NCBI GenBank assembly: GCA_035221665.1
Contig: CM069141.1
Span: forward strand, 25,358,001-25,422,000
Length of the DNA stretch: 64,000 nt
Source: Okamejei kenojei
Lineage: Eukaryota
Reading direction: 5' to 3'
Under the pieces are notes generated by a model. It saw only the letters and a program-made list of their open reading frames with translations, ran no database searches and had not been told where the DNA came from. This document shows, piece after piece, positions 49,371 through 61,975 of the stretch (positions are counted from its first letter, which is position 1; the number at the start of each line of letters is the position of its first letter). The translations under genes and the position numbers were made by a program.

Positions 49371-51394
49371 TGTAGCGGCACCGTACGTGGTGAATAAAGG
49401 TGAGACGTCAGGCCGGTTCAAAGTGTTGTTTATTCAGTGGTGATACGTTAATTTGGTGCACTAACCATATTACAATGTTGCTGTAACTGAGCAAGGTTGT
49501 ACTCTCGGGCTCAGCTACCTGTTGACTTTTCTAGGTCTCGATGTGAGAGACCTTAAGTACCAGGACACTCTCTCTAGCCCATGATGTCACATGCCCGCCC
49601 TCATATCTCCTGATGAGGATTCGAGCATAAGTGGCCCGTGTTTAGATTGATGCCACAGGACCCCCCCCAGAACCGGAGGAAGGAATAGCATGGTCAAGGG
49701 CGGCTCCTGCATGTGGGTCTGGGACACTCCGGGCATGGGTCGGGATGGAGGGCTCCACGGGCGCAGTGACGGAAGCCACCGGATGGAAGAGACAAGGTCG
49801 CATCTTCTCAACAAGCTAGGGGAGAGTGTCCTGTGAAATACGGCCCCCAGCAACGATGAGGGGAAAAAAACTAAATAAAATAAACAAACTAATTTCTGAA
49901 CCGAGCGTGGAAATGCAGTGAACAGAAAAATGAACAATAAAAAGACAAATTACAGTGCAATCAGTGTCCAAAGTTCAAATTGACCAGTGTTCATAGTGCA
50001 GGATAGGAAAGCTGTGTTGCAGTGATAGCCTCCAGCCTGAATGAGGCGCTGTTGCCGGTAGTCAGGCTGCAGGAACTGCATCCGGCTGGAAGGTGGCGCT
50101 GTGGACGGTGGTGGGGCTGCAGTGACAGCAGCCGCTCTGGTTGTGGCGCTGTTGCCGGTGGTCAGGCTGCAGGGACGGCATCCGGCCGGAAGGTGGCGCT
50201 GTGGATGGTAAGTTCGAGCTTCTCTTCCAGCTGGCCGCGGCGGCCATTTTGTAGTCACACGGCCCCTTGTTGTAGGAGGCCTCAGCGGCCATTTTGCAGG
50301 CCGGCTGAGGAGGCGTTCACCAGCGATTCAAGACCAGTGAGGAGCATAAGGGCATCTTCAGCAGGTGCCCCTGGTAAGTCCACCCTATCGGGGGGCTAGA
50401 CCCTGGGCAGCGGCCGGCATGGCCAGGCATGGTGCAGGGCAGGGCGCGAAGCCATGGTGAGTCTGGAGTGGTGCAGGGCAGGGCACGGAGCCGTGGCAAG
50501 TCTGGAGCAGTGCAGGGCAGGGCGCGGAGCCGTGGCAAATCTGGAGCGGTGCCGGGCCTGGAGCGGTGGGGTCCAGTGAAGTGCGGGTGATGTGAGGCTG
50601 GTGCAGGGCCTGGATTGGTGGGGCCCTGTGCAGTGCAGGGCCTGGAGCCGTGTTCATGGTGCAAGGCCGGGCTCGGGCTGTTGTCGGGAGCGGGAGAGCG
50701 GCAGGTCCACTCTCTCTGCTCCCAGGGCCATCGGGCATGCGTCGGCCTTGCTGTGGGCAGGAGGCTGGTGGGGCAGCGGTGGCTGCTAAAACCTCCCCGC
50801 TCCGGTGGTCGTCTCCAGGCAGGTCATGCAAGGGAGCTCAGCGGCCGTCAGACAAGGCCTGGAGCGGTGTGGGGTTTGGAAGCGGGGCCTGCCCCGTTGC
50901 CGGGAGCGGGAGAGCGGCGGCAGCCGCGGCTTCTCAACTACGGTGAGCAGCAGCTGGTGGGGAAGAGGCGGCATACCTCACTGCAGCGCCTGGTTGGTGG
51001 CAGCGTAGTTCTGCAGGGCTGGGCAGCCGGCTGCAGACATCAGGTCTCCCGAGGCTGCATGCTTCAGGTGAGTCCAAATTTCAATTCGGACAGTCAGGGG
51101 TCACCAATGTAGCGGCACCATACGTGGTGAATAAAGGTGAGACATCAGGACGTTTCAAAGTGTTGTTTATTCATTGGTGACACGTTAAGTTGGTGCGCTA
51201 ACCATATTACAATGTTGCTCTAGCTGAGCAAGGTTGTACTCTCGGGCTCAGCTACCTGTTGACCTTTCTAGGTCTCGATGTGAGAGACCTTAAGTACCAG
51301 GACACTCCCTCTAGCCCATGACGTCACGTGCCCGCCCTCTTATCTCCTGATGAGGGTTTGAGCATAAATGACCCGTGTTTAGGCTGATGCCACA
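49371..51394 (-). mobile_element. Non-autonomous LTR retroelement with a non-coding GC-rich interior
   Basis: 287-bp LTRs (49371-49657 and 51108-51394; about 21 mismatches by my count), ATAT TSD, minus-strand PBS TGGTGACCCC (tRNA-Trp-like), PPT GGGGGGGG. Confidence 0.9.
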
Positions 51395-51559
51395 ATATAA
51401 CGCTTCCAGTGGAAATAGTAACTCAATAGCTGGTGATTTTCCAACATTTTACAAAAATAATGTGTTATGTTATAGACAAGTAAATATAGCACAAAGTGGG
51501 TACTATGTCAGTAAAAAATGTAGAAAGATCTTGTGAGCATTTTGGGACTGATTGATGAT

Positions 51560-52247
51560 TAGTTTAATTTAGTTTAGAGATACAGTGAGGAAACAGGCCC
51601 TTCAGCCCATTGAGTCCACGGCGACCAGCAGTCTCCCATGCACTAGTTAAAACCTACAAACTAGGGATAATTTACAGAAGCCAATTAACTAACAAACCTA
51701 TATGTCTTTGGAATGTAATGCCCCTGTCCCACTTAGGAAACCTGACCAGAAACGTCTGGACTTTGTGCCCCACCCAAGGTTTCCGTGACCTTTTTTACAC
51801 CCAGTTTTATTCCACCAGGGAGGTCTTACCTTCCACTATCTGCAACCTCCGGCAACCACCTTCAACTAGCATCGCAACCCGCTTCGACTAAAAAGTACCG
51901 ATTTTTAAAACGGCAACCTATTTTTAGTCGCGGCCAGTTTTGAATTTTTTTGAAATAATCGCCGGAACATAGAAGAAGTGGAAAGCACGTTTAACCATTA
52001 GGGAGATTGACAAAAACCACCGGGAACCACACGGAAACTTTGGGTGGGCGCAAAGTCTCCGGAGGTTTCAGTTCCGGTTTCCTAAGTGGGACAGGGGCAT
52101 AAGAGGAAACCAGAGCACCTGGAGTAAACCCACATGATCCCAGGGAGAACCTACAATCTCCATGCGGATACCACCCATAGTCAGCATCGAACACGGGTCT
52201 CTGGCATTGTAAGGCAGCAACTCTAACACTGCGCCTCCGTGCTGCCC
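51560..52247 (-). mobile_element. HE1/V-SINE interrupted by a MITE
   Basis: The SINE halves TCTTTGGAATG and GAGGAAACC flank the insert. Confidence 0.8.
51719..52099. mobile_element. Harbinger-type MITE, family C
   Basis: Perfect TIR TGCCCCTGTCCCACTTAGGAAACC, imperfect further in; TAA TSD. Confidence 0.88.
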
Positions 52248-52750
52248 TATTATTTAAATATGCCCGGAGGTATAAAATGGACTCCTGTGTGTTGAACCCT
52301 CAAGCACCAAAATAAAAACCATTTTGCTAAAGCTGCTTCCACTAATCCACTTAGTGTGGAAGACATTGCCAGGGAAAGAACCAAGCATGGGTGTGGCTTA
52401 GGGATAAGGAAGCTTAAATTCTTGGAATTGCCATCGTAGTTACTGGAAGAGGGAGGAAGGATGCCCGGTAGCTGCATTGAGAAAGAAACTCAGTGTGACG
52501 ATCAGTACTGTGCATTCTGGAGTTGATTACAGAAGAGATCAAGCCAGAAGCAATGTCCCCAGGCTTTAGCTCCAGAGTCACCAAAAATGTAACAGCTTGA
52601 CATAAGTGGGAAAGGTATGATTCTATCTCACTAGGATACTGATCAATAATTGAGGAACACTACCTACAATCTTAACATTGTTCATCTACTATGTAATTAT
52701 ATACTGATATCCATGCATGCCTTGCTTACTTAGAATGTGCAGCATCTTAA

Positions 52751-53496
52751 AGGGCCTGTCCCACTTAGGCGACTTTTTAGGCGAGTGCAGGAGACTCTGC
52801 ACTCGCTTCATGATCATCACATGGTCGCCACATGTTCGCTGGTGGTCTCTGGTGAGTATCCTTCATCGTCGCGAGGAGTTCCCGCATTCTGGGAACTAGT
52901 CGCAGCTTCAGTATGGTCGCAGCAAATTTTTCAACATGAATTGGTCGCCATGGAGGAAATCGATACTTTTGTAGTCGTAGGTGCAGTGGTAGTGGGATCG
53001 CCATGTAGTTATAGGTAGTTGAGGTAGCCGTAGGTAGTTTTAGTTACTCTCCTTTGCTGACTGGGTATTTTCATTGGCTCTTTGGGGAAAATAAAATGTA
53101 AGGACAAGTTTTCAGAACGAGGGAAAACCGACCGGTAATGTTAAATGCCCGCCAAACTTCAAAGCTGTGATTCTCTGGCTTCTTAAAAGTGTCTCCACTC
53201 CTCCTCCCCCCTTCTCCCCTCCCCCCTCCCCCCACTCTTTTAAAGGACTTACCGTACACTGTGCTAGCCATCTTAACCTTCCTGTTCATCGCGGTAGGTG
53301 TCTGTATCATCTTGGCTTTACACCGTGTGAATTGCAGACAGCACTCCCCCGCTTTTCCTGGCCCCCGCCTTTGCAATGTGTTTGTGTGTGTTCCGCTCTT
53401 GACCCTAGCTGTTTCACTTCCCAGTTTTCCAGCAAGTGCCGTGAGCTTGACACTCACCGCAGTCCGCTGAAAAATCGCTTAAGTAGGACACGCCCT
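52751..53496. mobile_element. Harbinger-type MITE, family A, opposite orientation to 9705-10507
   Basis: AGGGCCTGTCCCACTTAGGCGA ... TCGCTTAAGTAGGACACGCCCT, flanked by TAA and CAA; the interior is homologous to the reverse complement of 9705-10507. Confidence 0.85.
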
Positions 53497-54573
53497 CAAC
53501 AAGCTATCTCAGGCTGTATTAGGCAGAGGAGAGTGATGTATGACTGAAGGTAACAATAGCCTAAAATGTTAATGTGACACAACACCACCGTATAACTGAG
53601 AGATATCCCCCCAAAAATCTTGCTTGCAAAACATTGTTCCAGACAGTTACCTAGTGTGGCTCAAAGTTTTTCTTCAGTAATCAGTGGATCTAAATTGGCA
53701 AGTGACCAAGTAGCTCATTTGGTCCCAATCTCAGAAGAAAGTTAGAAGTTTGTTCAAATTCCTCTCCAAAGAGAGGAGGACAGAAATCTAGGTTTATTCC
53801 TCGAGGTGACAGGTGTTCACATAATGAAAATAGTGTTTTAATTTGGACTCCAAATCCTGAACAATAATTTGTTTAAATGTGCAAATTTGTTTACTTTGGA
53901 CTATAGACTTTTATATTTTAGACTTTTAGAGATACAGTGTGGAAACAGGCCCTTCGGCCAACCAAACCTACGTCGATCAGTGATCACCCCATACACCAGC
54001 ACTAACCTACACACTAGGTACAATTTAGGGGGCTGTCCCACTTGGGCGACCTAATTGGAGAGATTAAAAGAGTTTGAAAAAGTGACATGTTGAAGACCTC
54101 CTTCGACTATGTAGAAGACCTCCTTCGACCTCCTTCGACGTCCTTCGACGTCCTTCGACCTCCTTTGTCTAAGTTGAAGGCCAGCTTCGACTAGCTACGA
54201 CTAACTTCGGGAAAATTGGACACTGAATAGTGGAGAGTGAAGACAACCTCCTTCCAGTTCCTTCGACTATGATGAAGACTATCTACGACTACCTTTGACT
54301 ACCCTTGATTAACTATGACTAACATGCCGACCTACTACGACTAAACCTACGAGTGCAAAAAGTGTCGATTTTTTCCATGGCAACCTTTCTTTACTTGCGG
54401 GCATTTGTTAACATATTGAAAAAAATGCCGCGACCAAGCTGAAGCCTCGAGTACGCGGAGCCCACTTTCGAGCATGAAGTAGAGTTACGAAGACCTCCTA
54501 TGACCTCGTGTCGACCATGCTGCGGGCATGAGTCGAGGGCAAACACGGCAGAACTCACGGATTAGGTCACCTG

Positions 54574-56199
54574 CAGTGGCTTGCAAAAGTATTCATACCC
54601 CTTGAACGTTTCCACATTTTGTCACGTTAAAACCACAAACGTAAATGTATTTTATTGGGATTTTATGTGATAGACCAACACAAAGTGGCGCATAATTGTG
54701 AAGTGGAAGGAAAATTATACATTGTTTTCATTTTTTTTACAAATAAAAAACTGTAAAGTGTGGAGTGCAAAAGTATTCAGCCCTCTTTACTCTGATACCC
54801 CTAAATAATATCCAGTGCAACCAATTGCCTTCAGAAGTCACCTAATTAGTAAATAGAGTCCACTTGTGCGTAATCTAATCTCAGTATAAATACAGCTGTT
54901 CTGTGAAGGCCTCAGAGGTTTGTTAGAGAACATTAGTGAACAAACAATGTTCCTTGGGCATCATGAAGCCCAAGGAACACACCAGACAGGTCAGGGATAA
55001 AGTTGTGGAGAAGTTTAAAGCAGGGTTAGGTTATAAAAAAATATCCCAAGCTTTGAACATCTCACGGAGCACTGTTCAATCCATCATCCGAAAATGGAAA
55101 GAGTATGGCACAACAGCAAACTTACCAAGACATGGCCGTCCACCTAAATTGACAGGCCGGGCAAGGAGAGCATTGATCAGAGAAGCAGCCAAGAGGCCCA
55201 TGGTAATTCTGGGGAAGCTGTAGAGATCCACAGCTCAGGTGGGAGAATCTGTCCAAAGGACAGCTATTTGTCATGCACTCCACAGATCGAGCCTTTATGG
55301 AAGAGTGGCAAAAAGAAAGCCATTGTTGAAACAAAGCCATAAGAAGTCTCGTTTACAGTTTGCCACAAGCCATGTGGGGGACACAGCAAACATGTGGAGG
55401 AAGGTGCTCTGGTCTGATGAGTCCAAAATGGATGTTTTTGACCTAAATGCAAAACGCTATGTGTGGCGGAAAACTAACACTGCACATCACCCTGAACACA
55501 CCATCCCCACTGTGTAACATGGTGGTGGCAGCATCATGCTGTGGGGATGCTTTTCTTCAGCGGGGACAGGGAAGCTGGTCAGAGTTCTTGGGAAGATGGA
55601 TGGAGCCAAATACTGGGCAATCTTGGAAGAAAACCTGTTAGAGTCTGCAAAAGACGCGAGACTGGGGCAGAGGTTCACCTTCCAGCAGGACAATGACCCT
55701 AAACATACAGCCAGAGCTACAATGGAATGGTTTAGATCAAAGCATATTCACGTGTTAGAATGGCCCAGTCAAAGTCCAGACCTAAATCCAATTGAGAATC
55801 TCTGGCAAGACTCGAAAATTGCTGTTCACAGATGCTCTCCATCCAATCTGACTGAGCTTGAGCTATTTTGCAAAGAACAATGGGCAAAAATGTCAATCTC
55901 TAGATGTGCAAAGCTGGTAGAGACATACCCCAAAAGACTTGCAGCTGTAATTGCAGCGAAAGGTGGTTCTACAAAGTATTGATTCGGGGGGCTGAATACT
56001 TTTGCATGCCACACTTGTCAGTTTTTTATTTGTAATAAAATTTGGAAACCATGTATAATTTTCCTTCCACTTCACAATTATGCACCACTTTGTGTTGGTA
56101 TATCACATAAAATCCAAATAAAATACATTTACGTTTGTGGTTGTAACGTGACAAAATTTGGAAAAGTTCAAGGGGTATGAATAATTTTGCAAGCCACTG
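54574..56199 (+). mobile_element. Full-length Tc1 transposon (IR/DR type, Passport-like)
   Basis: About 210-bp TIRs starting CAGTGGCTTGCAAAA, with inner direct repeat GCAAAAGTATTCA; TA on the right flank and TG on the left. Confidence 0.95.
54963..55982 (+). pseudogene. Tc1 DD34E transposase, 339 codons with two in-frame stops
   Basis: GYKKIS, GRPPK, WSDESK, QQDNDPKH, SPDLNPIENLW. Three ORF-track segments lie in one frame, separated only by TAG (55221) and TAA (55515). Confidence 0.95.
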
Positions 56200-56392
56200 T
56201 AAGTGGGACAGGCCCTTTACAATTTTCAGAAGCCAATTAACCTGCAATCCAACACTCTTTGGAGCACCCGGAGAAAACCCACACAGTCACAGGGAGAACG
56301 TACAATCTCCATACAGACAGCACCCATGGTCAGGATCAAACCTGTATCTGTGGTGCTGTAAGGCAGCAATTTACTGCTTTGCTGCCCGACAA

Positions 56393-56463
56393 GGGATCAT
56401 CCAGGATTTGAACCCAGGACCTCTCGCACCGTAAGCGAGTATCATACCCAAGTCCAATGAGCC
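56393..56463 (-). pseudogene. tRNA-Pro-derived pseudogene; anticodon loop now TT-ACG-GT
   Basis: GGCTCATTGGACTTGGGTATGATACTCGCTTACGGTGCGAGAGGTCCTGGGTTCAAATCCTGGATGATCCC aligns end to end with vertebrate tRNA-Pro, with several substitutions and a 1-nt D-arm deletion. Confidence 0.85.
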
Positions 56464-58481
56464 AGTTAGGGCAAGTTCTTAAGTGTTGTTAGGGAAAGTT
56501 CTTAAGGTGTCAGCAAAATTACCAGAAGCAAGTAACTAAAGTGTTAATCAGAGACTAGCAAACTAGAATACAAGGATTGCTGGCACATCTCCCTTACCAA
56601 GATGGTCACTTGTGCTAAACAATTTACAATTTCAACTTGGCCACCTTGGGTCACTTTATCTTTCTTAGTATGATCTTGAAATCACTCCTGCTGTTATATG
56701 AAGGTTGGGCTACTTAACCTTAAACCACTTCACAGCTTGATAGAAAGATGAATGTAGTATAAAAAATACCTAATGAAGAGCCACCTACTACATTCCAGCA
56801 AGATGTATCTTTTGATGTTTGTGAAATATCTAATAGCACATCAGAAAATTAGCAATGTTGCTGTTCTTTGTTTTGCATTGTGCTGCATGTTTTATTGCTT
56901 CACAATCACTGGGTTGATGTCAATGTCAAATTCTTGTTATATTTTTGTTATTTTTGTTCACTTTCTTCTGAATTTCCTTTAATTCCCTTTAATTTAATTA
57001 TAAGAGTTTAAATCCACATATGGGAAAGTGGTCTAGGAGTCTTATGGTTAGAATGTTCAACTTAAAAGCAATGTTCCCTGTTGAAAGACAACATCAGTCT
57101 TGAAATTATACTATGTTTTTCACAACCTCTCGAACTACATACCAATAGTATATAAATGTAATTTAGTAAATACCACAGGCAAGTTTCATATAACAAGCTC
57201 CCTCCCGTGAGTAGCAACATGATAATGACCAGATACTGTAGGAGCATGGAATTTTCTATTGTAATAATGATGAAACTGTCAGTGCACATTCTCATTATTG
57301 TGTGAATCTGCCAGCAATGTCAACCTAGATTTTTCTACTCCTATCTTTTGAGAAGAACTTGAAGTCATAAACCTCTGACTTTCTAGTGGGATTGTGACTC
57401 ATGATCCACAGCTGACATTGGAAGTAATGATGGTGGAAGATAGTCAAGAATGCCCAACATTATCTCTTTAACCATTATTGCACCATTGCAACATTAGTTC
57501 AGTATTAATGTTTTAATAACAAATTCCTGGTTCATTAATGTGCATTTTTTTATTTTAGCCTATTTGTTTCAATATTGTCTTCATTACATATTGTAATCTG
57601 TTATGCAAGTAGTTCCATTAGTTGCCGGAATGGTAAGTATAATACTCGGAGAGAGCCAGTTACCATGTATGATCAGTATTTTGTCATATTTACATATCTG
57701 GTGCCCCAAATATCTCAATTGCAGTTATTGGCTAGAGTTGCCATGGTTACAGCTGACACTTTTGGTGCTGAGAACAAGCATATATCGGTGATTATTTCGC
57801 CCTTCCCCTTAGCTTGCAGCTAAATAATTCTTCTCGGGTTCCCATGCACAAAATAAATACCACGTTATACATCAGTAGCATTAATGACTATGTTGCATGT
57901 CATTGCATTATTCAAAGCTATTCAATGCCCACTTTCATGACCAAAAAATTGTGTAAGTGCAGCCATTTCTGCATGAAGGTGGCATGCATCTTTGCATAAT
58001 GCATCTTTGCATAAGCAAACTGATTAAACCTGACAATGCCATTTGCATTTTTCTAGTTATCTGTCAAGGCAGAAATGTACATCCAAAAGTCAGTGAAGGG
58101 ATGTCAATAACCCATTGTATCCCAGACACTTTCCAACAAGGAGGAGCAGTACAGACACAAGACAGTGTTAACAGAAACATAGAACTGCCGCCAGGTGGTC
58201 TTGAATGTAAAGCACAAGAGAACATGATAGAGAGGCATATAAGGGTCGCGACCAGAAACATCACCCATTCTTTCTCTCCAGAGATGCTGCCTGGCCCGCT
58301 GAGTTATTCCAGCATTTTGTGTCTATCTTCTGTTGAAACCAGCATCTGCAGTTCCTTCCTACACATGATATGTTTAAAGATATTTAGGGTAGTCTTCAGT
58401 GCAATGCTCTTTCCAAATAAGTACCAAGACATCTTGGACCCTAGACGGATAATCCAATCAAATTATGGTGCAGGTGCCTCA

Positions 58482-58886
58482 TTTAGTTTAGTTTAGTTTA
58501 GTTTAGAGATACAGCATGAGAACAGATCCTTCAGCCCGCCGAGTCTGCACCAACCAGCGATCCCCTTACACTAGCACTATCCTACATACTAGGGACAATT
58601 TTACAATTTTTACCGAAGCCAATTCACCTACAAACCTGTGGAGGGAGAAACTGCAGATGCTGATTTAAACCAAAGATAGACACAAAAAGCTGGGGTAACT
58701 CAGCGGGTCAGGCAGCATCTCTGGAGACAAACCTGTTATCTTTGGCATGTGGGAGGAATCCGGAGCTCTGGAAAACCCACGCGGTCACGGGGAGAATATA
58801 CAAACTACATGCAGACAGCATCCATAGTCAGGATCTAACACAGGTCTCTGGCATTGTTAGGCAGCAACTCTACGCTGCACCACCAC
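58482..58886 (-). mobile_element. HE1/V-SINE with a Penelope-end fragment inserted (about 58639-58727)
   Basis: The SINE is broken at ACAAACCTGT, which appears on both sides of the insert. Confidence 0.8.
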
Positions 58887-60021
58887 ATCATTTCGATGCC
58901 AATATCACGCAACGTGTCCAGGATTCAAGAAACCTTTGTACTTGCCACTCTCATTAGAGTGCACTCATCCTCACTTTTTGCATATGAAGGTTTAATAGCA
59001 TCTTGTTCTGATGTTGACAGTTTTGTTGCAAGTAGATGCATGGTGCAATTATACATTAACTAAGGTACCTTGGAGTTCACTGCAGAGAGAAGATAATCTT
59101 CCTGAAATATTACAGTCATGGGATATTAGTTCTGAATAATATGAGAGACTGCAATTGTGTTTTGGTACTGGATCACTTCTTTATCTATATTATGGTTGTA
59201 TTTGTGCACGCCTAATGCAATATTTTATTAATCATCTCAAGCTTTTCTCTTGTAGAAACCAATTGATGTCACCTCCAAACCCGTCTAATTATTGAGTTTG
59301 TATTTTAAGATGGTAATAAAAGGATTCAATCTGGTTGCATAGCTGTGTTGTTTCGAGCATATTTTACAAGTTAAATGATCCATACTTCAGAAACAAGGCT
59401 CTACTTCCCCATATTATGTTTAATCGCCAAGATTAATTATCATATTTCCTTCAAAGTAACGTAGTATATTAGGACCCCAAAACTAAAACATAATGAAACA
59501 AGATGGTAAATAAGATCATGCTTTGGTTTTAAAAGTCACTCTATTTAATAAGTCAATATATTTCAGAGATATGCATACAGGAATGTGTATTTTTTATTAT
59601 TAATTCGCAAGGCGAATTAAATAGTAATGAACAAATTGTTGGAACTACCAGGTGACAAGTCTTTGGGTCCTGGTGAACTTCATCCTACAGGCTAGTGAGA
59701 TAAACAAAGTATTGGTTTTAATTTTGGTTTTTGGTACGTTACCATTGGATTGGAAAGTTATAAATGTAACTTATTTGAAAAGGGAGACACAATGGAAACT
59801 GAAAACAAGAAACTACAGATTAACATCTGCAACCGGAAACTGTTAGAAACAGTTATTACAGAAGTTATATTGACTTCCGGTGGCGCTATGGAGGGCTAGA
59901 AAGCAACGCCAGCAAGCTCCGTGAAAAAAAACGAGGAAAAAACGGGGAGAAAAGACCTACCTGCTACCTGCTGTTTCTGCACCGGCTGCCGTGAGTGACG
60001 TCATCAGGCGTGCGACTCGTA

Positions 60022-61101
60022 ATGGCAACACAGCGCAGACCACCCATGGATAAAACAAAACTCCGGTATGCAAGGAAAACGGCAGAACAAGAACAAGGCC
60101 TGACTGGAGCCTCGGCCTCAGGTAGGACACTATCCCTAGGAGATATGTCGAAAAAAACGAAGAAAAAATCGGAAATTGAAGAACTCAAAGTTTTTTTGTA
60201 CAAGAAATGGCAGAGTTAAAGAAAGAAATAAAGTTGGAATTAAAGACTGAATTGGTAAAAAATGAATATTAAGGAAGAAATAGAAAAAATCAAGGAGGAG
60301 ATGAAGGAGTTAAAGTCTGAAATCAATACCTCGGCCACGGAATTATCTGACAAACTCCGAAAGGAAATTGCAGAAATATTGACGGATCAATCTGCAAATA
60401 TAGTGGAAGAGATGAATGAAAAAATTGAAAATAAGGTGGAAACAGAAATGGAACCCGTGGTGGAGGAAATCAAGGAACAGTCGACAGCCATAAAGAACCT
60501 TGAAAAGCTAGCCGAAACAAGTACTCAGACTGCAAAAACGTTCCTCAAAGAAAATCGACGTTTATCTGACTTACTGGGCAAAATAACTGATAAGTGTACT
60601 GAGTTGGAAGAACGCCAGAGAAGACAGAATCTAAAGATCGTGGGTATTCGAGAAGGGAGAGAAAAGAAACAAGATACCCGAGAGTTTACTGCAAACTTAT
60701 TGCAAAAGGTTTTATCTCTGGAACAAAAGCCTTTACTAGCCCGAGCACACAGAGTAATGAGACGTTATACAAAGCAAGACACCCCTCCAAGACAAATGAT
60801 AGTAAAAGTCCAGTATGATCATGTCCTGGAGGAGATGATGACCAAAATTGTAAAAAGTAGAAATCTTACATATGAAGAAGATTCGATCAGCATTTACCGA
60901 GACTATCCAGCAGAGGTCTCCAAGAAACGAAATGCGTTCAAGGAGACCAAAATAATTTTGATGGAAGTGAAGAATCTGAAGTACAGTCTGAGATACCCAG
61001 CCACCCTGAGAATTACCTACAACCAGGAAGAACATTATTTCAAAAACCCAGCGGATGCAATGAGCTTTGCCCAAGGGATTAAGGAGCGAGGGGTAGACTG
61101 A
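60022..61101 (+). CDS. L1 ORF1p (coiled coil, RRM, CTD); probable frameshift near 60190-60220, last 279 codons open
   Basis: Heptad-rich N-terminal half, ELEERQRRQNLKIVGIREG, RAHR, PRQMIVK, IYRDYPAEV, LRYPATLRI. Confidence 0.8.
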
Positions 61102-61975
61102 ATGAAAGTTTCAAAGATGAACTATACCAACAATTAAATTGTACTTTCAAGATTGGAATGGACTATGGACTTGTTTCATCTAAAGAAGATGGAGAAGGAT
61201 GCGGATGGGAGATTCGGGGAGATACGGATTGGAGACTCTCCTATGGATACTAATAATTAGAATAGTAACACTACTAATATTAATAACTAACACATACTAA
61301 AATTAATACTGTGGTATTATTATTAATTAAAGCTAATAACTACCAATTAATGATTAACAACTAATTATAGCTGATTTACTTAGAATTAAGTAAATAGTAA
61401 ATATAAATACACAAAATATAAACTTTGACTTTATTTATATCCCCTGGTATTTTTTTTCTTTTTCCTATATTTTTCATCCCTTTTTCTTATTTTTTATTAT
61501 TACTTTATTTTTTATATTTTCTTATTATTATAGCTTTTAATAAGTATTAAGTATAGATATTATCATATACTTGACTGATGTATTTTGTACACATCAGAGT
61601 TTAATACTCCCGGTTAAATATATTTATGGAATAACAAATTTAATGAATCGTGGAGATGGATCAGTTAGTAACATCGACTACGGAAGTCCATAGATTGCTA
61701 GCCATGGTAGTATGGCTAACACTAACTACACCAATACTAGATGTAGTTTTTTCTCTCTTTGTGCAGCCTATTAATCTCTTAATCTATCCTTTTTTTAAAT
61801 ATTATTTCTTGTTATTATTATTTTATATTTGAATGGAGTTATAAATTAATGCAAAGGAGGTATATACGTGAGAGATACCCAAGGGTCTTGAAATTCATCT
61901 ATTCGGAGTTCGGGTGTAAAGTCGGGTATGTCGAGCTGAACCATTTGCCCTATTATATATTTCTTTAGATAAAAG

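Larger units (their letters stand above)
54028..56216. mobile_element. Harbinger-type MITE, family D, with (CTTCGAC)-rich interior and a Tc1 in its right TIR
   Basis: GGGGGCTGTCCCACTTGGGCGACCTAAT ... ATTAGGTCACC[Tc1]TAAGTGGGACAGGCCCT; TTA TSD. Confidence 0.85.
53905..56385 (-). mobile_element. HE1/V-SINE split by a MITE and a Tc1
   Basis: Tail half at 53905-54027 and head half at 56217-56385. Confidence 0.75.

Noticed and set aside
49609-49640. CTGATGAG in the LTR as a hammerhead (retrozyme)
   Set aside because: No stem II followed by GAAA in either LTR copy.
50022-51112. Several overlapping 100-165 aa ORFs
   Set aside because: Expected from high GC and tandem repeats; no recognisable motifs.
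54095-54350. CRISPR-like array
   Set aside because: Short degenerate repeats without unique spacers, inside a eukaryotic MITE, with no cas genes.
58186-58202. CTCF-like motif GCCGCCAGGTGGTC
   Set aside because: A single partial match is expected by chance in 64 kb.
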